DNA of 64,000 nucleotides from an uncultured Acidobacteriota bacterium (GTDB lineage Bacteria; Acidobacteriota; Thermoanaerobaculia; Gp7-AA8): NCBI GenBank assembly GCA_937870635.1, contig CALMZP010000084.1, positions 5,335 to 69,334 of the forward strand, read 5' to 3'. Shown piece by piece: positions 46,055 to 56,418 of this stretch (position 1 is its first letter; each line of letters starts with the position of its first letter). The notes under the pieces were generated by a model. It saw only the letters and a program-made list of their open reading frames with translations, ran no database searches and was not told where the DNA came from. The position numbers and the translations under genes were made by a program.

Positions 46055-47466
46055 GTGACTGAGATCGTTCCCGGCGTCCGCTTCTGCGTAGCCGTCGCTG
46101 TCTGATCGACTGCCGGAGTTGTCACCGAAACAGTCGCCACGCCTGGCAGACCGAAGATCGCATCGTACAGGCCCGCGACGTAGACCGTACCGCCGATTGG
46201 AACGCTGTTGATGTAATCGGTGATCGCCTCCTGTACCGACGCGCTGACATCCGCCAGCACGTAGCCGGATTCGAGGGTGATCGCCACAGTGACATTCGTA
46301 GCGATCTGAGTGAACGTTGTCACATGGAGAGTCATGTTTGCGATGTCCTGAGCCTGAAGCGCGGCAAGGACAGCCGCAACGACGCTTGCGCTTGGCACCG
46401 AGCCGTTCGGCCCTGCGATGCGAACGGTGGTATGCCCGTTTGTTGCTACACCCTCATTGTCATTCGGGAACGCTCGGGCGGTATCCACGCCGTCGATTGC
46501 CTCGGCCCATGATTCGAGATCGGCGGTCGAGCCGGTGCGTGGGTTGCGGATGAAATCGAGAAGGCGAGAACGGAATGCCTCCATGTCCTCCTCATCGGTA
46601 CCGCCAGTGAACACAGCCGGGTTTGTCACGTCGGTAACACCATCCGGCACCTGCACAAGCTCGCGGATCGAACCGATGACGGCGTTGTACGCCTCGCCTG
46701 TCTCCTCTGCAATGGCAGTAACGCTAACGCGCTCGGCGGTGGATTCACTCGGAGGGGCCGATCCAAGCGCGCCTTCGGCCACCGTGTCTTGGAACGTCGT
46801 TGTCACGTTGCCGTTGATCTGTGTGACAAACTTGAACCCGCCGCCATCCCGCTGCCGGTACAGCTTTCGATGCAGAGTACCCGGCCCGCCGACCGGGATG
46901 TTCGATACGTCGATCCGTCTAGCCGCCGCTGTGACAAGCGGAAGTGACACATCGCCTGCGACTGTCTCACCTGCGGCCGTTACGAAGGTGACAACATACT
47001 CGTAGGTGCCCGCGAGCGGGTTCGAGGCAACACCCGAGTCGGTCAGCGTCGGCGCAGTCGGATCGCCCGGTGCGGGGATTGTCGCGTCTGCGTCTGTCAG
47101 GTAGTAGAGCGTGTCCCCTTCACCCACGTCAACGCCAACCATCGCGCCAGTCTCGATCAGAGTACCAGCGGCTCCGGTGAAAAGAAGCGAGCCTGTGGCG
47201 AACGTCCCCTGCTTGACCGTAAGGCCAAACTGTTCGCCATGCCTGCGAAGCTCGACAAGGTTCGCGGTGGGCACGAAGATGTTGTCACGCTGGATTTGCA
47301 GCGCGAGGTACAGACCTTCCAGTGTTTCAGCGGCGACCTCGGCCCACATTCGGAAGGTTCCATCCTCCTCCACGTGAACGTCGGATACACGGGTCTGCAT
47401 CCGCGAGATCAAGTCCGCGACGATCTGATCGCGGTTCCGGTAGATCACATCAGCTTCAATCGGCAT
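46051..47466 (-). CDS. baseplate J-like protein
   Basis: ATG.LLFTG.AGT.I, GEAYN and GGTDEEDMEAFRSRL motifs. Confidence 0.88.
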   Translation of the reverse strand: MPIEADVIYRNRDQIVADLISRMQTRVSDVHVEEDGTFRMWAEVAAETLEGLYLALQIQRDNIFVPTANLVELRRHGEQFGLTVKQGTFATGSLLFTGAAGTLIETGAMVGVDVGEGDTLYYLTDADATIPAPGDPTAPTLTDSGVASNPLAGTYEYVVTFVTAAGETVAGDVSLPLVTAAARRIDVSNIPVGGPGTLHRKLYRQRDGGGFKFVTQINGNVTTTFQDTVAEGALGSAPPSESTAERVSVTAIAEETGEAYNAVIGSIRELVQVPDGVTDVTNPAVFTGGTDEEDMEAFRSRLLDFIRNPRTGSTADLESWAEAIDGVDTARAFPNDNEGVATNGHTTVRIAGPNGSVPSASVVAAVLAALQAQDIANMTLHVTTFTQIATNVTVAITLESGYVLADVSASVQEAITDYINSVPIGGTVYVAGLYDAIFGLPGVATVSVTTPAVDQTATATQKRTPGTISVT

Positions 47467-47468
47467 TG

Positions 47469-47903
47469 TCACTCACCTTCCTTCAGGTAGCGAATCATTG
47501 CCGACAAACGCTCAACGTCGTCTTGAACCAGCCCGAGTGCCGTATTGCAGTAGTGGCACAGCCAGCCTCGCGCTCGGCCTGTTGCATGACAATGGTCAAA
47601 GCACAAGTTACTCATGACCCCGCAGACCGCGCACCCGTCCTCCTTCAAGATCAACAACGCAGCCACAGTCTCATTGTCAAGGCGGTACTTGTAGCGCATC
47701 CATGTTGCCCAACGCCTATGACTCGGACAAAAAATGGAATCGCCACCGCCCCTTGGCTGCTCGAACTCCTCCCCACAGGGGCACTCAGCGAAGCGATGTT
47801 CAGCACGAAAATCCTGCCGGGCTTTTTCAGCCGCTCGCTTGTTGGGGAACAGCCCCAGGCTGATTCGCTCGCCCATGTGTCTAACTGTCATTTCGATTGG
47901 CAC
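47469..47903 (-). mobile_element. endonuclease VII-like homing endonuclease carrying the baseplate J start
   Basis: CAVCG...FDHCHATGRARGWLCHYCNTALG; begins MPIE like the downstream gene. Confidence 0.88.
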
Positions 47904-47915
47904 TTGTCACCCCCT

Positions 47916-48317
47916 CTAGGGAAGCTCGTATGTCAGTGTATTCAGAAGGCGCTCCTCGAAGGGGATGATCGTGTCGTCCTCAGTGACAACGTAATCGATC
48001 TCTACCTTCAGTCCGCCCAGGCCAGTCTCGATTGCTCGAACGTCGATGATCTCGATGTCATCCGACATCGGAGCCAGCGCCTCGTCCACCATCAGCCGCA
48101 TCTCGCGGATCACTCGCCCCCGAGGAAGCCGCAGCGCCTCCTCCAACCGGCTACCGAGCGCGCCATCGGACGGGTCAAGCTCCCAAGCTCGGCGCGCGAT
48201 CCGCAGCCGGTGTCGGATGCGCTGCGCGATGACCTGATCGCCCTCGACGTGCTGGATGTCACGGTTGGCGCTGAAAACCCAATCGCCGGTAACTGGATCA
48301 GTTGCGATGTCCCACAT
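47916..48317 (-). CDS. gp25/gpW-like baseplate protein
   Basis: GDQVIAQRIRHRL...WELDP..G.LGS pattern; position before baseplate J. Confidence 0.75.
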   Translation of the reverse strand: MWDIATDPVTGDWVFSANRDIQHVEGDQVIAQRIRHRLRIARRAWELDPSDGALGSRLEEALRLPRGRVIREMRLMVDEALAPMSDDIEIIDVRAIETGLGGLKVEIDYVVTEDDTIIPFEERLLNTLTYELP

Positions 48318-48707
48318 TTATTTCAGTCCTCTTATCTGTGAAGCCAGTAGTTCACGGGCTTGACGTTGGTTCTTTGTGTAGTTCACACCCCGCGTACCAA
48401 TTGTCTCACAAAAAGCAAGCAAGACCTTAGCCTGCTTCTTTTTCAACGTGAGATGTTCAATCATCTCAGACAGGATGAAAAGAAGCGTGTCTCGACTGGT
48501 AAGCGTCCATCGCCAGTAACCCCGTCCATCCTTACTCAGACTGCCGCCGACAAGTCGCACTACTTTGTCAAGGGGCTGACGATCTTTTTGTGTTACAGAA
48601 AGACTCGGGCGAAGGAGGCCCGAATCCGCGCTGCGACGTGCGATCTCAAAGCAGCCCTCGCCATCAAGAAAACCTGCAAGCCACGCTATGTCATGTTCCC
48701 AGGCCAT
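48318..48707 (-). mobile_element. free-standing LAGLIDADG homing endonuclease
   Basis: WLAGFLDGEGC; LSVTQK; HLTLKKKQA. Confidence 0.92.
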
Positions 48708-49052
48708 CTATCCTCCCACGTAGCTTCCCGCTCTTGACAAAACCGGCCCCAAGCACTTCGGAAGTCGGCGGCTTCCCATCTGCCGCAGCACGACCACTAG
48801 CTCGCCTAGCTTGGGAACTTCCGGCTCTACCACGGCCTCACGCTTTTTCACTCCTGTCGGAGTCGTGTCGTAGTACGTGACCTTCTGCCGCAGCCCGACA
48901 ATCGGGATGGCCTGATCCCCGTACTCTTTCAGCCAAACCAACTTCTTCTTCTCGTCGCGCTTGACAACTTTGCCATAGGTGACTTCGTGCGGCGGGATGC
49001 CACGCCTGATCTCCTCGAAGATGGCATCATAGTCTCTTTCGGTCAGCGCCAC
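48708..49052 (-). CDS. baseplate spike/gpV-like protein
   Basis: OB-like pattern GKVVKRD...PKLGELVVV; position between hub and gp25. Confidence 0.55.
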   Translation of the reverse strand: MALTERDYDAIFEEIRRGIPPHEVTYGKVVKRDEKKKLVWLKEYGDQAIPIVGLRQKVTYYDTTPTGVKKREAVVEPEVPKLGELVVVLRQMGSRRLPKCLGPVLSRAGSYVGG

Positions 49053-49054
49053 AA

Positions 49055-51274
49055 CTAGCCCCCAAAGTCCGTGACAAACGGCACGTACCAATCAGCCCAC
49101 CGTCTCGCGCCCTGGTAGTTGTCGCGGTAGTACGGTGAGTTCAGCGGTGAGATTTTCACAACGTCGCCAGTCTTAGGCGCATGGATGAAGTGCCCATCGT
49201 TCAGGTACACCCCCATGTGGCCCAAGTCCTCTCTGAAAAAGACGATATCGCCTGCGCGAAGGTTGTCCTTGTTGACCTTTTTCAGCGACCCGTTCTTCCA
49301 AAGCGTGTACGTTGTCGGACGGCTGGCGTTGGCGAACACCAGCTTACTATCCCCGCCAGCGTAGTTTGCGGCCGCAATGACAAGTCCTGAGCAATCGAAG
49401 CTCGCTGGCCCCTCTGCGCCCCACTCATAGGGCTTGCCAAGCTGTCGGATCATGTAGTTGATGAACTTCCGAATGTCATCCGGCGCATTGTTTGGCAGCT
49501 TGACATCGAAGCGCCCGCCATTGGCGTCCGTAACCGTGACCTCGGTTTTTTCACCCTCCGGTACCGAGTTGCTTGACTTCTCGATGTCCTCTGTCAGTCC
49601 GCGATAGCGCGTGTTCCAGATCGCCTTGACAGAATCGCGGTACCGATATGCCGCCACACCCGATCCGTTGTAGCGCCGGACGCCTTCCCAAATCTGCTCA
49701 GGCTTCTGCGGATCAAGACCTGACAACTTAGCAGCGAACGCGCGAGCGCCTGCACGGATGTTCGCCTGTGGCACCCACCGGCCTCCCTCGAACTCGTCGC
49801 TCTTGCCTGCGTACTCGTCGGCCCACACCTTGTATTCGTGAGTTGTCAACTGAAACGGCCCGACGCCACGCGAGCGGTTGAACGGGTTGCCAGGGGTGCC
49901 AGCCTCGTTCGCAAACTCGCGCTTCCACGCATCGATACGTGAAATCCCCATCGTCGCTCCGGGTGCGCCCGGTGCGCCACTTGCCTGCACAGGCTTGGGG
50001 TACCACTCGGTATCTCCGCTTTCAGGGACGTTGCGGAAGCTGGACTCTTTGTCACAGATGGCGAGCAGGACACCGAGGAACAGATCGAACGGCCAGCCGC
50101 CACGGAACTCCTGTGCGGCCGACGCGAATGAGTTGGCCCACCGGATGCCACCCTGACGAATCGCCGCACCGACATCGCCCGCGACTACGTTTTCAGCGGG
50201 GTCAGCTTCGAGGACTGGATCGTTCGGGACACGGCGCGAGATCGCATAGTTCTTTTCACGCAGCCGAACTTCCTGAACGTATCCTCCTACACCCCCGAGC
50301 AGCCGGACACCGACGACGAAGAAGATGCCGTGGATTCCCATGTCAGGCACGTTCAACTCAACCATGTAGTTCTGCCTGACAAGACGACCAGTCTCAGAGA
50401 ACGGGATCGTGACCGACAATTCGAGCGCGCCGACCTTGCCCTCGAAGATTTCCTCCCACGCCTCCTGCAACGCCTCACTACGGTTCTTGGCATCCGCGCT
50501 AGTGACAATCTTGATCGGTCGTTTCTTCCATGAGCGCGTCGAGGGGTCGCTGGCCTTCGAGACGAACCCGAGATCGCCACGCTCACCGAACACCCACACC
50601 TGACCAACTCGGCGCTGCGTGTCCTTCGTGATTGTCACGCGCTCGACAGGAATCCAGTTGCGTCTGCTCGCATGGCGCGTCGGCGTGCCGAAGAAGTAAG
50701 TCGGACTGACAGCGTAGTTCAGTTTGTCAGCGATCAGCGTGCCGTCCGGCTCCTGCCAAATCCACATCTTTCGCTTGCGGTAGATGCGGTACCAAGAGTC
50801 CCAATACGACTCGCTGCCGTCGCGGTAGAAGCGGTCGATCCCTGTCACCCGCGCAAGCCGCATTCGAGTGAAGCCAAGCGTGCTCGCTTCTGCCTTGACA
50901 AAGGCATCGGGGCGCAGCTTGCGATACTCGGCCGGTGGAGCCTGCGAATCCGTTGCGATGGAGGACATGTCTCGCCCCGCAATCGAGATCACGTGATCCT
51001 CAGACGAGTAACTGACAACATCCGCGATGCCGGTAGACAGGTGCATTGCGTTTCGTGCCCGTGGCATGTCGGTGAAAATCGAGGCTCGTACTTCGTTGTC
51101 ACGGTCGATCAGGAACTTCAGATCAGGCGTCGGTGAACCGAGATCGACACTGAAAGAATCCGAGTCCGTATCCATCGCAGAGTCGATCATGAAAGCCGTG
51201 ATCGCGGACGTGGGGAACTCGCGGTAGCCCCGGTTTCCGATTTCAGCCGTGATGCGCCCCCTGACATTGATCAT
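49055..51274 (-). CDS. baseplate hub fused to lytic transglycosylase and NlpC/P60 domains
   Basis: Mu gp44-like N-terminal half; KESSF/GVGPFQL/RRYNG (SLT); GKPYEWGAEGPASFDCSGL...GHMGVY...FIHA (NlpC/P60). Confidence 0.88.
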   Translation of the reverse strand: MINVRGRITAEIGNRGYREFPTSAITAFMIDSAMDTDSDSFSVDLGSPTPDLKFLIDRDNEVRASIFTDMPRARNAMHLSTGIADVVSYSSEDHVISIAGRDMSSIATDSQAPPAEYRKLRPDAFVKAEASTLGFTRMRLARVTGIDRFYRDGSESYWDSWYRIYRKRKMWIWQEPDGTLIADKLNYAVSPTYFFGTPTRHASRRNWIPVERVTITKDTQRRVGQVWVFGERGDLGFVSKASDPSTRSWKKRPIKIVTSADAKNRSEALQEAWEEIFEGKVGALELSVTIPFSETGRLVRQNYMVELNVPDMGIHGIFFVVGVRLLGGVGGYVQEVRLREKNYAISRRVPNDPVLEADPAENVVAGDVGAAIRQGGIRWANSFASAAQEFRGGWPFDLFLGVLLAICDKESSFRNVPESGDTEWYPKPVQASGAPGAPGATMGISRIDAWKREFANEAGTPGNPFNRSRGVGPFQLTTHEYKVWADEYAGKSDEFEGGRWVPQANIRAGARAFAAKLSGLDPQKPEQIWEGVRRYNGSGVAAYRYRDSVKAIWNTRYRGLTEDIEKSSNSVPEGEKTEVTVTDANGGRFDVKLPNNAPDDIRKFINYMIRQLGKPYEWGAEGPASFDCSGLVIAAANYAGGDSKLVFANASRPTTYTLWKNGSLKKVNKDNLRAGDIVFFREDLGHMGVYLNDGHFIHAPKTGDVVKISPLNSPYYRDNYQGARRWADWYVPFVTDFGG

Positions 51275-51471
51275 CGCTGCGACCTCGCATGTTCCTCGAT
51301 CAAGGCCACCGCTTTGTCATTTACGCATTCAACGGCAAGGAAGCCGTCCGCGATCCTGTCGAACGCAGCCACGCGGAGCCGGTGAGGCTGGTTCGGGTAC
51401 TTGCGCTCCCAGGCCCGGAAGGTCTGAGCGATCCGCACGTAGACGTTTTTGATCTTCCTCGCCATTGTCAT
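51271..51471 (-). CDS. hypothetical protein
   Basis: Coupled small ORF. Confidence 0.5.
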   Translation of the reverse strand: MTMARKIKNVYVRIAQTFRAWERKYPNQPHRLRVAAFDRIADGFLAVECVNDKAVALIEEHARSQR

Positions 51472-51472
51472 G

Positions 51473-52252
51473 TCAGTAGTAGATCACCGTGCCGAGGGGA
51501 AGCCGGTAGTCGGGTGCCTTGTGTGAAGCGATGTTCCGTTTGTCAAACCACTGTGCGTTCTTCTTGACCGCGTACAACTCTGTCCAGCGAGCGCCGTTCC
51601 TGAAAACGGCATACGCGATCTTCCGAAGTGTGTTGGCCTTCGAGTTGGCACGGAACTGGCGCGTACCCCGGCCCCTCGGAGCGTTCTTGCGTCCCTGGTC
51701 AGGCTGCACCGGCCCTACGTTCGGCGCGCGGCTTCCTGTTCCGACCTTGACAACCGAGAACTCGTACTCGATGTCCATTGTGCGCTCGTCCTGCGCATGA
51801 CTGAAAGACTCGCGCTCGGCCACCACGTACTGAAGGTTCGGAAGGATGCCAGGCAGGTGCAGAATCTTCCCGCGCTCGGGCGTATCGGCGTAGAAGATCG
51901 CCCGGAGTGCTTTCATGTTCTCCACGCTCGTCCAACCTGGGAACACACCTGACAACACGATGGTTGTCTCGGCCTTGTGCGTCACGTCTACGTCAAGCTC
52001 GATCTCGCCCAGGTACTTGTGCCGCCCGATTTCAGCGGCATCTTCCAGACGGAACCCCTGCGTCCCGAGCGGCCAGATGAAAGCCCGCCCTCCTGGGACG
52101 GCGATGTACGGACGCGCGAAGTCGTCATCCGGGTCAAGGATGTACCGCGCGGTGTCCGTGAGTGACAAGTCCGTATTGGAACCATGACGCAACGCCGGAC
52201 TGTTCGGCGGACGCTCATGGTTGTGTGGATACGGGATGTGCGCCATTTTCAC
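51473..52252 (-). CDS. tail tube initiator / LysM-like protein
   Basis: C-terminal NTLRKIAYAVFRNGARWTELY...LPLGTVI (LysM/tail X-like); follows the tape measure. Confidence 0.7.
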   Translation of the reverse strand: MKMAHIPYPHNHERPPNSPALRHGSNTDLSLTDTARYILDPDDDFARPYIAVPGGRAFIWPLGTQGFRLEDAAEIGRHKYLGEIELDVDVTHKAETTIVLSGVFPGWTSVENMKALRAIFYADTPERGKILHLPGILPNLQYVVAERESFSHAQDERTMDIEYEFSVVKVGTGSRAPNVGPVQPDQGRKNAPRGRGTRQFRANSKANTLRKIAYAVFRNGARWTELYAVKKNAQWFDKRNIASHKAPDYRLPLGTVIYY

Positions 52253-54444
52253 CTACCTCCCGGTGCGCGTCGCTGTGTTTTCTGCTGACCCCTGAAGCGA
52301 GGCGCAGGCTGAACATCGATCAGCTTGACCGGCACAAACGGCTCGCGGTCTGCGATGCGAAGCAACTTGTCAAGCGTCGGAGTAGTAACGATCTTCACAG
52401 TCGTACCACCTTCGACTGTGATAGCCTGCTGTGCCCCACCTGCACGCGCTGGAAGCCCACGTGCCAAGCGTGACAAACGAAGTTCGGCTGTCTCGGCTGA
52501 AATGAACCGGCGAGTGAACGCGGTAAGGATACGCTGCTGTTCCTCACTCGGCTGACGCCGGAATGACAATCCAGTAGCCCGTCGCGAGCGCCCAAGCGAC
52601 CGAAGCAACGGGAAATCGCCATCGGGCACTTCACGTGCGCCGCCTGCCGCGATCTGGCGATCCATAAGACGGTCTGAAAGCTCCTGAGAGAGCGCAGGAG
52701 TGGCGAGGAGGGCCGTAGTAGCCGCGCCGCCTTTCAGGGCCATACGCCAGTTCCTACGCGCCCACAGAGGCACAAATGGAGGCACGTCTGTCCCGTCACC
52801 CTTGGTAGCCGTCGCTGAAGGTGCGCCAGGCATGAACCAAGAGAGCGGGTCGATGACAACCCAATACGGGTTCGCGCGAGAGCCAGAACGCTGCTGACCT
52901 TCGCCGGTCGCTGAAAATGCACCGAGGCCCGATCCAATGACCGACGCAGCGGCAAGCTGTGGCGCACGCTGCGCGAGGCCAGGGAAGCGCCCTGCGAGGC
53001 CACGCAGGCCAGGGATGCGTGCGATGCCGCGTCCGGCGAGGCCCGCAAGCCCCGTCCCGAAGATCAGTCGCGATGCAAGCGCCGCGCCACCGGCTGCGCC
53101 AACTGCCCCAGTGACAGCCGAGGGATTCCGACCGGTGATCCACTCTCCGAGCCGGTTGATCTGCTCCACGATGGGACGCAGCGCTGGATCGGCACCGCGA
53201 GCGACTGTCAGTCCAACGTTCCGCTGAATCTGACCAAGCTGCTGATACGCACGCTGCCGATTACGCTGATCGGCCATTTGCGCACCGAGGTTTGCGTCCT
53301 TTGCGTCCTCGATGCTGTCGATGAAATCTTCAAGCGCCTGTGTTCCACCCTGCGCCATCAGATTGAGGAACTGCCTGAAAGACTCCTGCTGACCGAACAG
53401 TTGCGAGGCCAGCGTCAGATTGATCCCGGTTCCTCCCGCCGCAGCGATAGCAGCTTCGGGTGACAACCCTTCTACTCCAAGCGCCTGCGGGTTTGTAAAC
53501 CGTGCGCCGCCCGGAGCTACCGCCTGCATCATCCGCTGAAGAATCTGAAAACCACCAAGCTCGCGCAGCCTTGTCGGATCAGTAGGCAGGCCCGCTCGCC
53601 TGAAAGCTGACAACTGCTTCTCGGTCTGCGGGCGAATGATCTCGTCCGCGAGAAGCTGTGTGACGCCACGGCCGATGACAGCCGGGGAACCACCCGAGCG
53701 AGCCGCGAGGCCGTAGACCGCCCAAATCTCCTCGGGTGACATTCGTGCTGCCGTCTGTGCTGCACCGAGACGGCCGATGTCACGCGCGATGTCCTCACCA
53801 CGAACGGTCGGCGTGGACTGAAGCACCTGCGCAATGATGTCACGCATCCTCGGTGCCTGCCGCGCGATGTCGATTTTCTGGCCCGGTGGCGTTGCACCGA
53901 TGATCATGCCCGCGATGCCGCCGCCGAGCGCCTGCGGATCGGCACCCTCAGCGAACATCGTGATTTCAGCCATCGTGTCCGCGTACTCCCGCAGCATTGT
54001 CAATCCCTGACGGCCACGAACGTCGTCCCCGAAGGACGAGTAGAAGCGGATCATGTGCTGCTGGATGTCATCCACCGCGACCCCGAAGGTGTTACTCAGG
54101 TTCACGGCGATGTCGCCCACGTCATTCAGATCGCGGCCAAGCGTTGTCAGACGCCCACCCTGATCGATCTTCCCCGCGAGGGCATCGATTTCACCCAAGC
54201 GGTCGAGGAACTGGCCGAGGCCGGTGACGGCAGTTGCAACGCCGTACACCGTGGCCCCGGCCAGCGCGTACCGGATCGTGGTTCCGACCGCGCGCATCTG
54301 CTGGCCCCACAGGCCCAGGTTGCGCGTGTGCGAGCGCACCTGCCGGTCGAAACCGACAAGCCCGCCGATGTTGCGCTCGATGTCAGCGCGAAGCTGCGCA
54401 CCGTGCGAAGTCCAGATCAGATTGAGTCTGTAGTCAGACGACAC
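52249..54444 (-). CDS. tape measure protein
   Basis: Long Ala/Gly-rich helical ORF after the chaperones; GTG start MSSDYRLN. Confidence 0.82.
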   Translation of the reverse strand: MSSDYRLNLIWTSHGAQLRADIERNIGGLVGFDRQVRSHTRNLGLWGQQMRAVGTTIRYALAGATVYGVATAVTGLGQFLDRLGEIDALAGKIDQGGRLTTLGRDLNDVGDIAVNLSNTFGVAVDDIQQHMIRFYSSFGDDVRGRQGLTMLREYADTMAEITMFAEGADPQALGGGIAGMIIGATPPGQKIDIARQAPRMRDIIAQVLQSTPTVRGEDIARDIGRLGAAQTAARMSPEEIWAVYGLAARSGGSPAVIGRGVTQLLADEIIRPQTEKQLSAFRRAGLPTDPTRLRELGGFQILQRMMQAVAPGGARFTNPQALGVEGLSPEAAIAAAGGTGINLTLASQLFGQQESFRQFLNLMAQGGTQALEDFIDSIEDAKDANLGAQMADQRNRQRAYQQLGQIQRNVGLTVARGADPALRPIVEQINRLGEWITGRNPSAVTGAVGAAGGAALASRLIFGTGLAGLAGRGIARIPGLRGLAGRFPGLAQRAPQLAAASVIGSGLGAFSATGEGQQRSGSRANPYWVVIDPLSWFMPGAPSATATKGDGTDVPPFVPLWARRNWRMALKGGAATTALLATPALSQELSDRLMDRQIAAGGAREVPDGDFPLLRSLGRSRRATGLSFRRQPSEEQQRILTAFTRRFISAETAELRLSRLARGLPARAGGAQQAITVEGGTTVKIVTTPTLDKLLRIADREPFVPVKLIDVQPAPRFRGQQKTQRRAPGGR

Positions 54445-54805
54445 TGAAAACCCCCGCTTCGATAGCTTCAGCGACTTCCAGCGCCGCTTCACGCTTGAGG
54501 ATCAAATACGGCGTGATTCTTTTCAGGATTGTCAGAATGTCCTCACGCCGATTGATCGCAAGCACGCGCATCTCTCTCGTCCCGTATGCCTTCCTGCTTT
54601 GTCTGGCAATTCTGCTCTTGCACACGATCCCACCCGCGTTCAAGAACGCTTCGAGCGCATGAATAACGTCAGCCGATTTGTCAATCTGGCCCCAAGTGAT
54701 CTGAAAGTGGATGCGTTCCTTTTTGTCAACCCACCACAGAATCGACCCATCGCCGTCTGTAAATCCTGCGACGTAGGCCCATGTCATCGGTTTGGCGCTA
54801 CTCAC
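54434..54805 (-). mobile_element. free-standing LAGLIDADG homing endonuclease
   Basis: YVAGFTDGDGS; PYLILKR; begins MSS like the downstream tape measure. Confidence 0.92.
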
Positions 54806-55263
54806 TCATCGTCTCCGTCGTTTTCAAGGTGGACATCGGCTGCCGCATAGCGGGCTTCTTGCTCTGCGTTGTATCTCTCAGGATCAGCGAAGATGGCTTC
54901 GATCTCCCGCCTCCGTTCAGACTTGTCATCATCTGACAACTCGGATAGATGCGACACGTCCTCACCGGGGCGGTAGATTTCATCCTTGAACTTCTCCTGC
55001 TGCTCCCGCATCTCCTCTGCGTTGTACGGCTTGTGACAAACTTCGCACGTGACAATGCGTCCGGTTACTTCAGCCTCTAGCTGATCTACGCACCAGGGGT
55101 GGACGTTGCTTCGTCGCTCGGCCCAATCAAGCTCAGTATGGAGCCAAGTGAGGGTGAGTTGTCCAGGGGTAGACCCGCCGGAAGGGTCATAAAGACTCCC
55201 TTCAGATGCCACCACGGCTTTCCAGAGAGAGCGTTCCAGTCGATTGTCACCAAGGCTTTTTTT
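54802..55263 (-). CDS. tail assembly chaperone, -1 frameshift (GT-like) extension
   Basis: -1 frame is open from the A7 slippery site (55257-55263) to 54802. Confidence 0.72.
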   Translation of the reverse strand, partial: KKSLGDNRLERSLWKAVVASEGSLYDPSGGSTPGQLTLTWLHTELDWAERRSNVHPWCVDQLEAEVTGRIVTCEVCHKPYNAEEMREQQEKFKDEIYRPGEDVSHLSELSDDDKSERRREIEAIFADPERYNAEQEARYAAADVHLENDGDDE

Positions 55264-55682
55264 AGCTCCTCCAACTGTTCGTCGGAGAGGCCATCCATCG
55301 AAGGCGAACTGAAATCGACCATCCGCTGATAGCACTCAGACAGGTAATTGATTTCAGTCGGTTCGAGGCCCAACTCCTCGTCAAGCATCTGTTCCAGAGA
55401 CTCGAATGCGCGCTGCTGATGGTTGTCAGGCATTCGCAGCGCGTAGAGCAAGGTGCAGACCTGCATGGTTCGGTCGCGCAGATCGACACCGTACACGTTT
55501 TCAGGAGCCGGGATAGCCGCCGCCTGTTCGAGCGTCCACTGATACTCGCGCTCGATCAGAGGCACCAACGCGAACCCCACGCTCGGCCTGTCAGGAAGCG
55601 TCACGTAGTCAGGCGCGGCCTGACCCATGCGCATCTTGGCGAACCGGCGTGTCTCCTTCAGTCGTTCAAGGATTTCATTCAC
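55086..55682 (-). CDS. tail assembly chaperone (G-like)
   Basis: Between tube and tape measure; EELKKA encoded with A AAA AAA. Confidence 0.78.
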   Translation of the reverse strand: MNEILERLKETRRFAKMRMGQAAPDYVTLPDRPSVGFALVPLIEREYQWTLEQAAAIPAPENVYGVDLRDRTMQVCTLLYALRMPDNHQQRAFESLEQMLDEELGLEPTEINYLSECYQRMVDFSSPSMDGLSDEQLEELKKALVTIDWNALSGKPWWHLKGVFMTLPAGLPLDNSPSLGSILSLIGPSDEATSTPGA

Positions 55683-56004
55683 CAGGATTCCCGCCCTTCT
55701 TGATTTTCAGGATGTCCTCAGCGAGTTCCTGCGATACGGCGGTGTCCCACCCGTTCGGGATCGCAAAGACAACGCGGTTGCAGCAATGCGTCTCGCAACG
55801 CACTACGAAGTCACTGAGCTTGCCTGAGCCACCCGCCTCACCCGGTAGTTCCGTGACAACTGGATCGAGCTTGCCACAGTGAGGGCAGACGGGTGGCCCC
55901 GGCTCCTGCATGATGATCTGTTCCTGCTCCGCGATGGCGAGCATCTTTTCAGTCGCCACCGCGTTACGCTCTACGGCTGACACCAACTGTTCCAACACGT
56001 CCAT
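55675..56004 (-). CDS. zinc-finger hypothetical protein
   Basis: CPHCG...CETHCC. Confidence 0.6.
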   Translation of the reverse strand: MDVLEQLVSAVERNAVATEKMLAIAEQEQIIMQEPGPPVCPHCGKLDPVVTELPGEAGGSGKLSDFVVRCETHCCNRVVFAIPNGWDTAVSQELAEDILKIKKGGNPGE

Positions 56005-56023
56005 GATTCCCGCCCTTCCTTTC

Positions 56024-56416
56024 CTACTCGCGGACGAAGCCGGGGACAGAGATGTTCGTTGTCAACGTGACCTGATCCTGACCGGACTGGATGCGAATGA
56101 GCGTCCAGTTGCAGCCCCGGTAGACGTTGCGATCTTCGCCGCGCCTTGTCATCGTCTCGAAGTCACGAAGCTGCTTCAGCCGACGCTCGTTGTTCATTCC
56201 CCGAGCCACACCCCTTTTCAGGAGAATGGCCGAGAACGTCACTTCATCTTCATCTGCACCCCGCACCGAGCGGAGGACAGGGCCATCGACTCCGAACGCA
56301 CCCTGAAAACGGACTTCCTGTCGAAACTCCTCCGACATGTCCTGGGTGGCGGCGAAGTCCTCACCGGCGATGAAGATGCCGAGATCGACGGCGTTGAGTG
56401 CTTCAAGCCAAGCGAT
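56024..56416 (-). CDS. tail tube protein (apparent ATC start)
   Basis: Follows the sheath. Frame extends 26 codons upstream of ATG 56338 to an ATC placed 8 nt after GGAGG. Confidence 0.7.
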   Translation of the reverse strand: MAWLEALNAVDLGIFIAGEDFAATQDMSEEFRQEVRFQGAFGVDGPVLRSVRGADEDEVTFSAILLKRGVARGMNNERRLKQLRDFETMTRRGEDRNVYRGCNWTLIRIQSGQDQVTLTTNISVPGFVRE

Positions 56417-56418
56417 TG

